From NCBI GenBank assembly GCA_951406725.2, contig OX597838.1, forward strand, positions 27,032,001 through 27,096,000: 64,000 bases of DNA, in the 5' to 3' direction. Of this stretch, positions 24,989 to 39,126 are shown one piece after another. This DNA comes from Octopus vulgaris (taxonomy: Eukaryota). Position 1 is the stretch's first letter. The number at the start of each line of letters is the position of its first letter. The notes under the pieces are model-generated. The model was given only the letters and a program-made list of their open reading frames with translations, ran no database searches and was not told the DNA's origin. A program made the translations under genes and the position numbers.

Positions 24989-26664
24989 GTGAGTTTTTGT
25001 AGACTTTTATTATTATTATTGTTGTTGTTGTTGTTGTTGTTAGCAAGGCGAAAGGCACTGAGCTGGCTGAATTGTTAAAATGCCGGTTGACTTTGTCTTT
25101 CACCCTTTCGGGGTCGATAAATTAAGTACCAGTTACGCACTGGAGTCGATATAATCGACTTAATCCGTTTGTCTGTCCTTGTTTGTCCCTTCTGTGTTTA
25201 GCCCCTTGTGGGTAGTAAAGAAATAGGTATTTCGTCTGCCGTTATGTTCTGAGTTCAAATTCCGCCAAAGTCGACTTTGCCTTCATCCTTTCGGGGCCGA
25301 TAAATTAAGTACCAGTTACGTACTAGGGTCGATATAATAGAGTAGAAAACAATAATTCTCACTTAACAAACTTGAGAAAATTAGATACAAAGGGAGATAA
25401 CTTGTGTAGATAAAATCGGTGGACAAGAATATCGGTTTCTCGATTTCAATATATTATTGGTACTGTCATGATGTATTGCAGAGGGCTAAAACATGATGTT
25501 GACGCTGGCGTCGTCCTTTCTCATCCACTTCCATTATCTTTTATTGGAAATCAATGTTGAAATCCGGGGAGGGGGGTGCATTTTCGGCAAGAAAAAAATT
25601 GGATCTAAGGGAGATAACTCTACACGTACTTAAAATACAAAAATTCGTAACTTTTCTAACGTATTGAGAAAACGTGTATGAAATAGCGATAATTTTTTTA
25701 TCCACGGACCTCCTTAATTACTTATTTCTTTATTACCCACAAGGGGCTAAACACAGAGAGGACAAACAAGGACAGACATAGGTATTAAATCGATTACATC
25801 GACCCCAGTGCGTAACTGGTACTTAATTTATCGACCTCGAAAGGATGAAAGGCAAAGTCGACCTCGGCGGAATTTGAACTCACAACGTAACGCAGACGAA
25901 ATACCGCTAAGCATTTCGCCCGGCATGCTAACGATTCTGCCAGCTCGCCGCCTTAATTACTATTTGATTCTGGTGGACCCCCATCATAATTTAACGTGCC
26001 CTTTTCCAAGCTGGCATGGGCTGGATGGTTTGATAAGAACTGAGAGCCAGAGAGCTCTGCCAAGTTCTATGTCTGCTATGGCATGGTTTCTACAGCTGGA
26101 TACCTTTCCTAATGCCAACCACTTAACAATGTATTGGGTGCTTTTTATGTCGTACCAGCACCGGTGAAGTCACCAAGTACTCACAAGATAAGACCGAGCT
26201 TGCTTTCAACAATATAGTTCCAGGTTCAGTCCCACTGCTTGGCACCTTGGGCAAGTGTCCTCAACTGTAGCTTCCAGCTTGTGAGTAGATTTGGCAGAAA
26301 GATGCCTGTCGTGTGTGTGAGTCCCACTCGCCATCATTAGATAACTGCTGTTGGTGTGTATATGTTCCCAAAACTTAGCAGTTTGGCAAAAGAGATCAAT
26401 AGAATAAGTACTAGGCTTACAAAGAATAAGCCCTGGTGTCGATTCTTCGACTAAAGGCAGTGCTCCAGCATGGCCACAGTCAACTGACTGAAACAAAAGA
26501 ATGAAAAATGTAATTATTTCGTCATTATTGTTTTAACATCCATTTTTCCTTGCTTGCATGGGTCAGACGGATTTCTTTGAGGAGAATTATCTCTTAATTT
26601 AACTCGGTAGTTTTATTAAATATATTTGTCACTCCACCACCTTGCTTTTGATTTATGTTTACAG

Positions 26665-26734
26665 AGAAGAGTTGCCGAAACCCACTGTGGCTCTTGACTA
26701 TGCGTTTGCCCATGTTGGAGCAACAAATAAAATG
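26665..26734 (+). CDS. DYNC2LI1: DYNC2LI1 exon 5 (EELPKPTVALDYAFAHVGATNKM)
   Basis: ttacag / gtaagt, 70 nt. PKPTVALDY matches the D2LIC PKPTLALEY motif. Confidence 0.95.
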
Positions 26735-26909
26735 GTAAGTAGTTTGTCCTTCTTACATTCACCCTTGCTTCTCCTTCTAGTTGTTATTATCATTAACCTT
26801 AATGATGATGATGATGATAATGGTTTCGAATTTTGGCCCAGGGCCAGCAGTTTCATAAGCGATAATGCATGAAACACTCGGCCCTTGAGTCACTCGATTA
26901 TTTCTGGCA

Positions 26910-27157
26910 AATATTGAAACTACACGCACACCTCAATCGAAGGAGAGGGGCTTTCTCCATCCGGGTTGCGGATCCGTGGAATAAGCTGCCAGACGAGATG
27001 GTGAAGATGCCGACGACTGCTTGGTTCAAAGTCTCCCTTGACCTCAAGTGGCCTGAACTCTTTACATGAACACCACCCTGTACATAACTCCATGTGCCCC
27101 TACATGGCCTTGCTTTTTGCTTTTTGAGCCAAAAAATTAACTAACTAACTAACTAAC
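26910..27157 (+). mobile_element. CR1-type LINE 3' fragment
   Basis: RRGAFSIRVADPWNKLPDEMVKMPTTAWFKVSLD fits the CR1 C-terminal FSxRVxxxWNxLP..FKxxLD motif. Ends in a (CTAA)n tail. Confidence 0.8.
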
Positions 27158-27159
27158 CA

Positions 27160-27490
27160 ATTTTACAGTGTGTACTGGGTGCTTTTACGCAGCACAAGCA
27201 CAGGTGCTTGTAACATGCCACCAGCACCCACAACCCTACAAGATTGGGATCACTGAGCTGAAGAGGGATATAGGGGACGTGCGTGTATGCAAGGACAATT
27301 GCCCTTTCTCTTAGCTTGACATGTCTTCTCAAGCACAGCAAACTGCCGGATGTCTTGATCCCTTGTCATCCCCTCTGTGGGGCCCAATGTCTGAAGATCC
27401 TTCTTCACCACTTTGTCCCTTATCTTCCTGGGTCTATCCCTACCACATGTTCCCTCTACAGTTAAAGATTGGTACTTCTTGATGCAGGTA
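27160..27490 (-). mobile_element. RTE-type LINE 3' fragment
   Basis: [30 protein letters not shown] resembles the RTE RGRPRKTW C-terminus. Confidence 0.7.
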
Positions 27491-27534
27491 AGTGTGTGTG
27501 TTTGTATGTGTATGTATATATATATGTGTGTGTA

Positions 27535-27574
<40 letters not shown>

Positions 27575-28083
27575 AGTGTGTGTATATATATATGTATATG
27601 TGTAGGTATGTATGCATATATATGTACATGTATATATTTATATATATCTGGCCCCCATGCCTGTGGCACGTAAAAGCACCATCTGTTCATGGCCGTTTGC
27701 CAGCTCCGTCTGGCACCTGTGTGGGTGGCACGTAAAAAGCACCCACTACACTCACGGAGTGGTTGGCGTTAGGAAGGGCATCCAGCCGTAGAAACACTGC
27801 CAGATCAGACTGGGCCTGATGCAGCCTTCTGGCTTCACAGACCCCAGTTGAACCGTCCAACCCATGCTAGCATGGAGGGCGGACGCTAAGTGATGATGAT
27901 GATGATGATGATGATGATATATATGTGTGTGTGTGTGTATGTGAGTATGTATGTAAATATTTTTATGTGTATATATGTGTGATGTATGTATTTATATTTA
28001 TGTGAGTGTGTGTTTATGTATGTGTGAGTATATATATATGTATATGTTTATGCAGTTTCATACATGGTGGTGTTGTGTTTCAG

Positions 28084-28172
28084 GTGAAAGACATTGGTCA
28101 CTACTGGGAATTAGGCGGTGGAATCTGGTTGGTTCAACTGATGGAGGTGGTTATTAAACCAGAGACTATACA
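28084..28172 (+). CDS. DYNC2LI1: DYNC2LI1 exon 6 (VKDIGHYWELGGGIWLVQLMEVVIKPETIQ)
   Basis: tttcag / gtaagt, 89 nt. KDIGHYWELGGG matches the diagnostic KDIAHFWELGGG motif. Confidence 0.96.
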
Positions 28173-28499
28173 GTAAGTTTTTTTTTCTTTAGCAGTCATC
28201 ATTGCCATCATCATCACCACCATCACTATCATCATCATTATTGTCATCATCAACACCACAATCATTCTCAACATCCCCACCACCGTTACCATCATCATCA
28301 TCATTGTCATCATCATCATTGTTATTGTCATCGATACTCTGGAAGAAATTAGCTGAGGTTAAATCTGGAAAGTAATGGGCTCCGCCAGGTCTGGAAAAGC
28401 TGCTGAAGATGTGCCATATGTCATCACAGTGCTCCCTTTGTGCCTTTCAGGTTGTTGAGAGCTCATGGCAGAGCATAGATTCCTTTTTAGCCAGCTCTG

Positions 28500-28501
28500 C
28501 A

Positions 28502-28537
<36 letters not shown>

Positions 28538-28599
28538 AGTGAATGTAAACACCTCATCTGTATACAAAGATTACATATATGTATATATATATACGTATG

Positions 28600-28643
<44 letters not shown>

Positions 28644-28699
28644 TATATATATATATATGTATATATATATATGTATATATATATATGTATATATATATG

Positions 28700-28752
<53 letters not shown>

Positions 28753-28865
28753 GTGTATATATATATATGTATATATATGTGTATATATATATGTGTATAT
28801 ATATATGTATATATATATATGTATATATATATATGTATATGTATATATATATGTATATATATATG

Positions 28866-28910
<45 letters not shown>

Positions 28911-29141
28911 ATATGTATATGTGTATGTATGTGTATATATATGTATATATATATGTATATGTATATGTGTATGTATGTGTATATATATGTATATATATAT
29001 GTATATATATATGTATGTATGTATATATATGTATGTATGTATATATGTATGTATATATATATATATGTATATATATATGTATGTATATATATATGTATGT
29101 ATATATGTATATATGTATGTATGTGTATATATATATGTGTA

Positions 29142-29200
<59 letters not shown>
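28500..29200. repeat. Compound (TA)n/(TG)n tract
   Basis: Direct reading. Similar tracts lie at 38600-39045, 52500-55260 and 61110-61460. Confidence 0.95.
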
Positions 29201-29203
<3 letters not shown>

Positions 29204-29559
29204 CAAATTGAGATAGGGGTTGTAAATGCAACCCTCCATGGGATAACATATATCCAATATACTGCTTGTGAAGTACCCAACAAAGTTAATACATAAATGT
29301 TAAGGATTGCGATGCAATCAATTCATTTACTGTATTATATGCGCAAAGGTAAAATGATTTACCACAAATTACTAATACAAGATAAGAAAATGGAGAAATA
29401 CATCTAAATCAAATATCAATTACCAGATAATACTCAATCACATACTTTATTAAACCACCACATAAGAGACTGTAGGGTTAAACATAAAAAAGCAGAACAA
29501 ATCAGTGTACACAAAGGAATGTACATAAAAAAGTGTACATAAACTCCATTTTCTTATCT

Positions 29560-29640
<81 letters not shown>

Positions 29641-30007
29641 CATCATGATGATATATATATATATATACTTATATATGTATGTATATATATGTGTGTGTGT
29701 GTGTTTATTTGTGTGTATATACTCACATACACATTTTCTGTGAACATACAGCCATGAAACAAACCAGTGTTAACACCTTAGCAGTTTAAAATGCAAATTT
29801 GTTGTCAGAAAAAGTGTTATATAAACAAATCTGTCCCATCCAACTCCCTTAAAAACCCCATCGGAGGAGTTGGTTACATCCGTCAATACCTGCAGTGTTG
29901 GTAGACGAATCATAGACAGATTTGTTTTATTGTACAAAAGCACAGGAAGATAAAATAATGTTGACACTCAAGTATATTGAGACAAATTGTCTTCTTTTCT
30001 TCTCCAG

Positions 30008-30194
30008 ATCACTGACGTTAGTTATAATGGTCGATCTTTCTAAGCCAACCGAGATTTGGGTGACCATAAAATCTTTGCTGGCTGCTGCAAAAGAACGTAT
30101 TCAGGCTGTCGTTTCTCAGATGAAGGCAGACAAAGCTGACATTCTGGAACAACTCAAGAAAAAGGCTCGAGACAGATTTGGCAAAGACCATAAG
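30008..30194 (+). CDS. DYNC2LI1: DYNC2LI1 exon 7 (SLTLVIMVDLSKPTEIW...RDRFGKDHK)
   Basis: ctccag / gtaaga, 187 nt. Contains the conserved DLSKPxxxW and KDH motifs. Confidence 0.96.
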
Positions 30195-30803
30195 GTAAGA
30201 GTTAGATGGAGAGGATGGTATTTTTTTTCTAAAGAAGCTTGTTTCCCAACCACAGGGTTCTAGGTTCAGTCTCACTGCATGACACTTTGGGCAAGTGTCT
30301 TCCACTATAGCCTCCAACTGACCAAAGCCTTGTGAGTGGATTTGGTAGATGGAAAGTGAAAGAAGCCCATTATGTGTGTGTGTCGTTGCTATTATGCAAA
30401 AGTGTTGTAAGTCCAAAACATTGCTTTTTCAGAAAAAGAAAAAATAATTTCACCATTCCATAGCAAAACAGTTCTACTACACTTTGACAATTTTTGATAT
30501 CTTGGCATCTGAAGCAGCTGGAGATAAAATAGTTTGACCAAAAGAACTGGCTATTACAAGCAAAAATGAATATTGAAAAAAACACATTTGACCAAATTTG
30601 AACATACAACAGTTTAACATAATAGCAACAATATATATGTGTATGTGTATATATATATATATATTGTGGTCTCAGAGTGGTTGAAGGGCATCCAGCTATA
30701 GAAACCATGCCAAATCAGACTGGAGTCTGGTGCAGCCTCTCAGCTTACCAGCCCTGGCCAAACCGTCTAACCCTTGTTGAAAATTCCTGGCCTGAAAACA
30801 ATG

Positions 30804-31588
30804 TTAACACTTTTGCATTTAAACTAGCCAAATCTGACTCAAATATTTTATGTTTTACATTCATATTGACCATATCTAACCTCTCACACCTAACCTACAC
30901 TAACATCCTAAATATAAGTAATCACATCCGCAAAATCTCAAAGTTATAAGATAATGCATGATTAATTCAAAATAGTTTTGAATAAAAAAGCATTACATTT
31001 GACAGTGTAACCTCAATGCTTAACCCTTAAGTCTTTAAACCAACCATATCCAACCCAAAACATTCTACATGTTTTACATTCAAAGTGGCCATATCAAACC
31101 TCTCATACTTGCCCTGCACGGACATTCTAAAAATAAGCAATCACATCATAGAAACCTCGAAGCTACAAGATAATACATGATTAATTCAAAACAATTTGAA
31201 TAAAAAAGCATTACATTTGACATTGTAATCTGAAACTGGCCATATCAAGCCTCTCACACCTGTCCTGCACTGACATTCTAAAAATAAAAAATCACATTGC
31301 CAAAATCTCAAAGCTATGAGATAATCCATGGTTAATTCAAAATAGTTTTGAATAAAAAAGCATTACATTTGACAGGATAATCTGGCTGCTTAATCCTTTA
31401 GCCTTTAAACCAGTCATATCCAGCCCAGATATTCTACAAGTTTTACATTCAAAGTGGCCATATCATGGCTCTCACACCTACCCTGCACTGACATTCAAAA
31501 CATAAACAATCGCATCATAGAAATCTCAAAGCTATGAGATAAATCCATGCTTACATTTGACAGAGTAATCTAAATGCTAAAGGGTTAA
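30804..31588. mobile_element. Tandem array of piggyBac-like TTAA MITE units
   Basis: Three to four units of about 200 bp bounded by TTAACCCTT.. / ..AAAGGGTTAA. The same family is inverted at 41832-42277. Confidence 0.65.
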
Positions 31589-31606
31589 AATGATTTTATT
31601 CTTCAG

Positions 31607-31675
31607 GACCGCGATATAGTGGAGCCTTTTCTGATCCCCTTGGTAATTATAGGAGGCAAATATGACATTTTCCAG
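31607..31675 (+). CDS. DYNC2LI1: DYNC2LI1 exon 8 (DRDIVEPFLIPLVIIGGKYDIFQ)
   Basis: cttcag / gtaag, 69 nt. PFxxPLVIIGxKYDxFQ motif. Confidence 0.97.
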
Positions 31676-31728
31676 GTAAGAAAGATCAATCCATTAGTTT
31701 CAAAGACTCCAGACTATTGTCGTTATCG

Positions 31729-31766
<38 letters not shown>

Positions 31767-32143
31767 ATTGGTGGTGGTGGTTGTGTTATTGTTAGTAGCT
31801 GTAATGGTGGTTGTATGAAGTGTGATGTTCATGTTGGTGATTTGTGGTAGTAGTAGTAGTAGTAGTAGTAGTAGTGCTGGTGGTGGTTTGAATGTCAGTG
31901 GAAATAATAGTGTATTGGTGATTGTAGCATTGGTGGTGGTGGTGGTAGTGGTGGTGATGTTGGTTGGAGCTGCATCATTGCTGTTTCTTGAAAGAATTTT
32001 TCTGAGAAGAATTAAAAAAAGAAGGAAAGAAAATACCAGAAATATTTCTTTAACTTGGAAGATTTGAAAAATATTGAATAATGTATGTATGCATGTGCAC
32101 ATACACATACACACCCTTACATGCATTAATATATATGGAGGTG

Positions 32144-32208
<65 letters not shown>

Positions 32209-32393
32209 ACATATATATGTTTACACACATATGTATATACATACACATAGATGTACATTCACGCACATATATATATCTACCTAGCTTTATGTATATATAT
32301 ATGTATGTATGTATGTGTGTATATATATATAAGTGTGTGTCTGTGTGAGTGTGTATATATATGTATACCTGCAAATATACTATAAAAATACAC

Positions 32394-32443
<50 letters not shown>

Positions 32444-32515
32444 CACACACAAATATATATTTTTGTGTATATATATATATAATGATGTATATATATATAT
32501 GAAAATAAAAATACA

Positions 32516-32568
<53 letters not shown>

Positions 32569-32781
32569 ATATACACCTCCATATATATTCCAGGGGTGTG
32601 TATGTGTGCATATTCATACATATGCATACATGTGTGGTTGTTTGTAGAAACATGTGTCTGCATGTTCACACACAGACACACACACATGCACACACATACA
32701 CATACACGCACACACATCAAAAGACAAAGTAGTGAACAATTCCAAGTAAATGAGAAACATTATCAAAATCAATAAATTATC

Positions 32782-32822
<41 letters not shown>

Positions 32823-32941
32823 TATAAGGATGATAATAATAATAGTAATAGTAATAAAGATAATAATAGTAATAACAATGATAATAATAAATAGCATCAT
32901 CATGGCTGTTTCCTCCTCCCATCACCACCACCATCATCTTC

Positions 32942-32991
<50 letters not shown>

Positions 32992-33165
32992 GATATTCAT
33001 CACCCCCCACCACCACCACCATCATCATCATCATCAGTATTTTCAAAACAGAATTAACAGGAAATAGGTTAGAGTGAGTTTTGTTTTAAACAATTTTTTT
33101 TATACAGGAAACTGAAATATTTTTGTAAAAAAAAACAAAAAAAAAACTAAAAGGTAAGGCATAGG

Positions 33166-33212
<47 letters not shown>

Positions 33213-33723
33213 GGAGTCTGTGTGTATGAATGTCGGGTGTGTATATGAACGTGTGTGTGTGAGGTTGCATGTATGCACTTGTGTTTATATATGTATGTAT
33301 ATAGGTGTGTATATGTGTGTGTATGTATGTATATGTGTATGTAGGTATGTAACAAGTGTGTGTTTTGACTGTGCAATAGATGTACATACACCTGATGATG
33401 GTACTGATGCATATGCATATCTGTTGCACACTGTTGCACACACAACTATATGCATGTGCAGCCTTCTGGCTTCCCAGACCCCAGTTGAACCGTCCAACCC
33501 ATGCCAGCATGGAAAGCAGACGTTAAATGATGATGATATATATATATATATAAACATTGTTGTGTTGAGAGTGGCTGTGTGATAAATAGTGTTTGCTTCC
33601 CAACCACATGGTTCCGGGTTCAGTCCCACTGTGTGGCACCTTGGGCAAGTGTCTTCTACTATAGCCTTGAGCTGAACAAAGCCTTGTGAGTGGATTTGGT
33701 AGACGGAAACTGAAAAAAGCCTG

Positions 33724-33757
<34 letters not shown>

Positions 33758-34267
33758 CAGGCTTCTTTCAGTTTCCTTCTACCAAATCCACTCACAAGGC
33801 TCACAAATAAATGTATATATTTGTGTCTGTGTTTGTCCCACCACGATTGCTTGACAACCGATGTTGATGTTCATACCCCCGTAACTTAGCAGTTTGGCAA
33901 AAGAGACCGATAAAATAAGTACTAGGCTTACAAAGAATAAATCCTGGAGTTGATTTGTTCAAGTAAAGGCGATACTCCATCATGGCCGCAGTCAAATGAC
34001 TGAAACAAATAAAAGATTAATAGAATATATAAAGATATATGTCCACCTCTATACGTACACATACACACATAGGGTAAAGTATAAAGACCTGCTTTGATCG
34101 TGAATGATCATGGAGTTGAACCTAGAAAGTTACCCTCCGAGGTACAAGTCCAGGCAAGGTTGTTTATGGAAGATCAGCCATTGCCCATGCATACCAGCCT
34201 CCCCTCTACGTGCCACTGATGTTATCCAAAGGAAACACAGACACAAATATCTTATCATTAAACATCT

Positions 34268-34641
34268 TTTGGAAGCACTCCGTCGGTTACGATGACGAGG
34301 GTTCCGGTTGATCTGAATCAACGGAACAGCCTGCTCGTGAAATTAACGTGTAAGTGGCTGAGCACTCCACAGACACGTGTACCCTTAACGTAGTTCTCGG
34401 GGATATTCAGCGTGACACAGAGAGTGACAAGGCCGGCCCTTTGAAATACAGGTACAACAGAAACAGGAAGTAAGAGTGAGAGAAAGTTGTGGTGAAAGAG
34501 TACAGCAGGGATCACCACCATCCCTGCTGGAGCCTCGTGGAGCTTTTAGGTGTTTTCGCTCAATAAACACTCACAACGCCCGGTCTGGGAATCGAAACCG
34601 CGATCCCGCTGCCCTAACCACTGGGCCATTGCGCCTCCACG
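34268..34641 (-). mobile_element. tRNA-Arg-like SINE variant with 11-bp TSD
   Basis: Head related to family C on the minus strand. TSD ATTAAACATCT at 34257-34267 and 34642-34652. A related copy lies at about 35800-36095(-). Confidence 0.85.
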
Positions 34642-35250
34642 ATTAAACATCTACTTTCTATGTGACTAATGTTGTATGGTCTCATAGAAGCTAGTAATTC
34701 AGAAGACTGGTTTCCATGGCTGGATGTCCTTTCTTACAACACACACACACATGTATTGTATGTATGTATCATCGTTTAACGTCCGCTTTCCATGCTAGCA
34801 TGGGTTGGACAGTTCAACTGGGGTCTGGGAAGCCCAAAGGCTGCACCAGGCTCCACTCTGATCTGGCAGTGTTTCTACAACTGGATGCCCTTCCTAACAC
34901 CAACCACTCCATGGGTGTAGTGGGAGCTTTTTACGTGCCACTGGCACGGAGACCAGACGAGGATGGCAAACGGCCATGATCGGATGGTGCTTTTTACGTG
35001 CCACCGGCACGGAGACCAGACGAAGCTGGCAATGGCCACAAACGGATGGTGCTTTTTACGTGCCACTGGCACGGAGGCCAGTCAGGGCGGTGCTGGCTAC
35101 GGCCACGTTCGGATGGTTCTCTTACGTGCCACTGGCACTGGTATCACTGCTACAAATTCCATTGATGTTGATCGATTACAATTTTGATTTTTGTTTTTCA
35201 CTTGCCTCAACAGGTCTTCATAGAGTTTTGTGTCCCAAGAAGGAAAGGAA

Positions 35251-35533
35251 TCTATATATCTATTATATAAAATCCATTCTGTCTGTCTGTGTGTGTGTCT
35301 TCTAGGATCTCGGGCATCTTCCATCCGATTGCACTCAAATTTGATATGTAGTGATATGTAGATACCAACAGTATCAGGGTGTGTATAAGTCTTGAAAAAA
35401 ATTACAAAAATCGATTCCAGGTGAGAATGCAATCGATAAAGCTGTGGGAATGTGCATTTGTATGCGTGTCATCTTTCAAAGGAGGCAATCTAACCGTCCC
35501 ATTGGAGTAGCAAATGCTGGCAGGTTCAGCTGG
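35251..35533 (+). mobile_element. Probable second-family Helitron, degenerate
   Basis: TCTAT..TATATAAAATCC 5' end and an AGCAAATGCTGGCAGGTTCAGCTGG|T (CTRR) 3' end. Confidence 0.45.
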
Positions 35534-36092
35534 TCACCTCATAGCGTTACAATGGACACAAACAGATGACATGCTACCAATGATCATGTGAGGATGAGAC
35601 GCATAAACCTCATGTGGATTGTAATGGAAAGCTTTGTTGTACCAAATAAAAACTTTATTTCTTCTTTTGCTGGTGTCTCAAATTTAGCTTAAATCAGTGT
35701 TTCTCAAAGGGGAGGCCTATGGGACGGTCGGACAAGTTGTTTTGAGAAAATTTGGTTTAAATGTTTGACAACTCAGCACCATCCATTGGATGGGGGGCGT
35801 TTTGCTCATACATATATCACATGATCACGTGACCGACCAGACCATCAGATGTTGTTACACATTGCTGGTCACAATGCGTTCGCATTGTTTGGCTAAGCGA
35901 GCAGGCTAACAGAGGAAAGAGTGAGAGAAACAGTGGTGAAAGAGTACAGCAGGGATCACCACCCCCTGCCGGAGCCTCGTAGAGCTTTTAGGTGTTTTCA
36001 CTCAATAAACACACACAACGCCCGGTCTGGGAATCGAAACCGCGATCCTCCGACCGCGAGTCTGCTACCCTAACCACTGGGCCATTGCGCCT

Positions 36093-36152
<60 letters not shown>

Positions 36153-36399
36153 CATCATCATCATCATCATCGTTTAACGTCCGTTTTCCGCGCTAGCACG
36201 GGTTGGACGGTTTCGACCGGGGTCTGGGGAGCTAGGGACTGCCCCAAGCTCCAGTCTAGTCTGGCAGTGTTTCTACAGCTGGATGCCCTTCCTAACGCCA
36301 ACCACTCCGCGAGTGTAGTGGGTGTTTTTTACGTGCCACCTGCACAGGTGCCAGAGGGGTCTGGCATCGGCCACGTTCGGATGGTGCTTTTTATGTGGG

Positions 36400-37876
36400 G
36401 GGGTGGAGCAGAAATATAGGGGAGCACCAGTGGGGAGGGGTGGTTCAGAGAAATGATGACAGGTTCTTCGGCAAGTAGAACGTAGGATATCAAGAGGGTA
36501 ATGCATGGTGAAATAGCGTATTGAGGAGGGGGGTTCGAAGAGTAGACACCTATAATGGTGGTGGGAGAAACAACATCCGGTATAGATGGAGCAAAAATAT
36601 AGAGATATCCGGTATTGGTGGTGGGGGTGGGCAGGGTGGGTGCACCGCGAATACGCGAAGGTTGAAAATAGATGATAGAGCGAGACTTGGTCGGGCAGAA
36701 TTAATAGAGGAGAAATTAGATACAATAGTTAGATAGATAAATAACAACAGATAGAAAAACATGTATGATTGGTCGAGAAGTGAAGTGAAGTGAAAATAAG
36801 CATTCAAACTTATCTGTGCTCGAGATTATAGCTGCTAGGTGAATGAATGAGAGAGCACATGTTGCTGCCTTAAGTAAAGAAATTGACCGGAACAGGAATT
36901 TTTGGACAAGGCGGAAGTGTATTAAGGGAACAGGCTTCAAAGATGGCGAAGATCGATAGACAAATACGCGAGGGTTGAAAATAGATGATAGAGCGAGACT
37001 TGGTCGGGCAGAATTAATAGAGGAGAAATTAGATACAATAGTTAGATAGATAAATAACAACAGATAGAAAAACATGTATGATTGGTCGAGAAGTGAAGTG
37101 AAGTGAAAATAAGCATTATATATATATATATATAGATAAGAAAGTTGGTTTGTGAAAGCACGTGGTTGAATATATAGAAAATAGTAAAAAGTGAAAAAAC
37201 CACAGAAGGCCCGCTCAAAAAGGTTAAAAAACACATACTTGAGTCAATATGTCTGAAGAATACCACAAATCTTCCTCCCACAATGACACAATTTAGAAGA
37301 AAGACCGGTTTCGCGCCTAGCTCTTCAAACCTCTCACTTTGCTATGCTTATGTTGAGCAGAGTTATCGTTATGTTTATGTTGAAAAGAGTTCCAAATAAG
37401 GGGAGGCAATGAGCGACTTCCTCTGGTGTAAGGGAGACAATCGCTTAAAACCCCTTGCCCCCCCCCCCTGGTGTGAACTTCTCCGCATCAGCACGTTGGA
37501 ATGGCTAAGTCCGGGCCTGCACCTTTCAATGAAGAATGCTTCCTTGTTCAGTCCAACTTGTGTTGATGATCCGATAGCACATTGGTAAAATGGAAAGATT
37601 AAAAATTGCGGTAGTAGTTGCTTTGCGCATTTCTCAATGTGCTCACTAAAAGGTATCATTCTGTATTCTGGGAATGCAATCTGTTGTCGATGCAGTGTGC
37701 ATCTACGTCTGAGTGATAGTCCCGTGGATCCCACGTAGTCTTGGTGGCAGCCCAAGCATTTTATGACATAAATTATGTTTTCAGAGGCACAAGTAAAGTT
37801 AGATTTGATCTTGAATTTCTGTCCCTCTTTGAAGAGGAATTCTGATCCTTCTAGCAGGTTTGGACATGTTGCACAG
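36400..37876 (-). mobile_element. Penelope-like element remnant: GIY-YIG endonuclease plus pLTR-like region
   Basis: Minus strand reads CATCPNLLEG..NFTCASENIIYVIKCLGCHQDYVGSTGLSLRRRCTLHRQQI..EHIEKC..KEAFFIER. A hammerhead-like motif follows at about 37295-37336, with a 150-bp direct repeat at about 36655 and 36967. Confidence 0.85.
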
Positions 37877-37916
<40 letters not shown>

Positions 37917-38198
37917 AGACCTCCAGTAAAAAAAAGAATCTAAGCTATACTCTTCTATTCAGGCATGTCTGATGAATGCTAATTTATCCTTGCACACTTG
38001 GATGGTTCTTTGACATGAAACTGTTTAATAATGTGAATTGGCTGTTATGAGACTAAATTTATGCGTATACCTCAAAATGTTTATTTAGTTATTCTATATA
38101 TTATATTAAATATGAATTATATATGTAAAATGCATATATGTATATATGTGCACATGTATATACACATTACACATTACACACACACACACACACACACA

Positions 38199-38242
<44 letters not shown>

Positions 38243-38700
38243 CACAAGCACACACATACATTACATAATTATATGTATACACACACTAACATATATATGT
38301 GTGTGTGTACATTTTGTGTGTGTGTGTGTATGCTTTACCTTGAAGCAGGTTTTTATTTAGACAGTTTAGATATTAAATTATGTTATGTAACCCTAAACCC
38401 AGTTTATTATGCATACATGGAGATTTCTTGCTTGAAACTATGCTGCTGATGTATTTTGCGAATTAGATATCTGTCATATATGTGTGTGTATGTGTGTGTG
38501 TGTGTGTGTGTTTATGTGTGCGCCTCAAACGTCTTTATTCAATTAGTTGACGTATTATATTAAATTATATAATAAATACACACACACACTCATGTGGATG
38601 TATGTTTGTGAATGTATACATATATATATATATATATATATATGTGCTCCTTTGTATATGTATACTTATACGTGTGTTCATATATATATATATATGCATA

Positions 38701-38842
<142 letters not shown>

Positions 38843-39003
38843 CATATATATATGTATATATATATATGTATATGTTTATATATATATATGTATGTACATG
38901 TATATATTTATATATACATATGTTTTTATATGTATATACATGAATATATATATATGTATTTATATATTTATACATACATACATGTATATATATATATACA
39001 TGT

Positions 39004-39044
<41 letters not shown>

Positions 39045-39126
39045 TTTATTCATTCATTTTTTTGTAATTCCTGCGTTGCCATTACCTTCTTTCATCCTAA
39101 TTATGTCTTCGTGTTCCATTTCACAG

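Noticed and set aside
29922-30263. 113-aa ORF as a stand-alone gene
   Set aside because: Only 30008-30194 is coding (DYNC2LI1 exon 7); the rest is intron and SINE.
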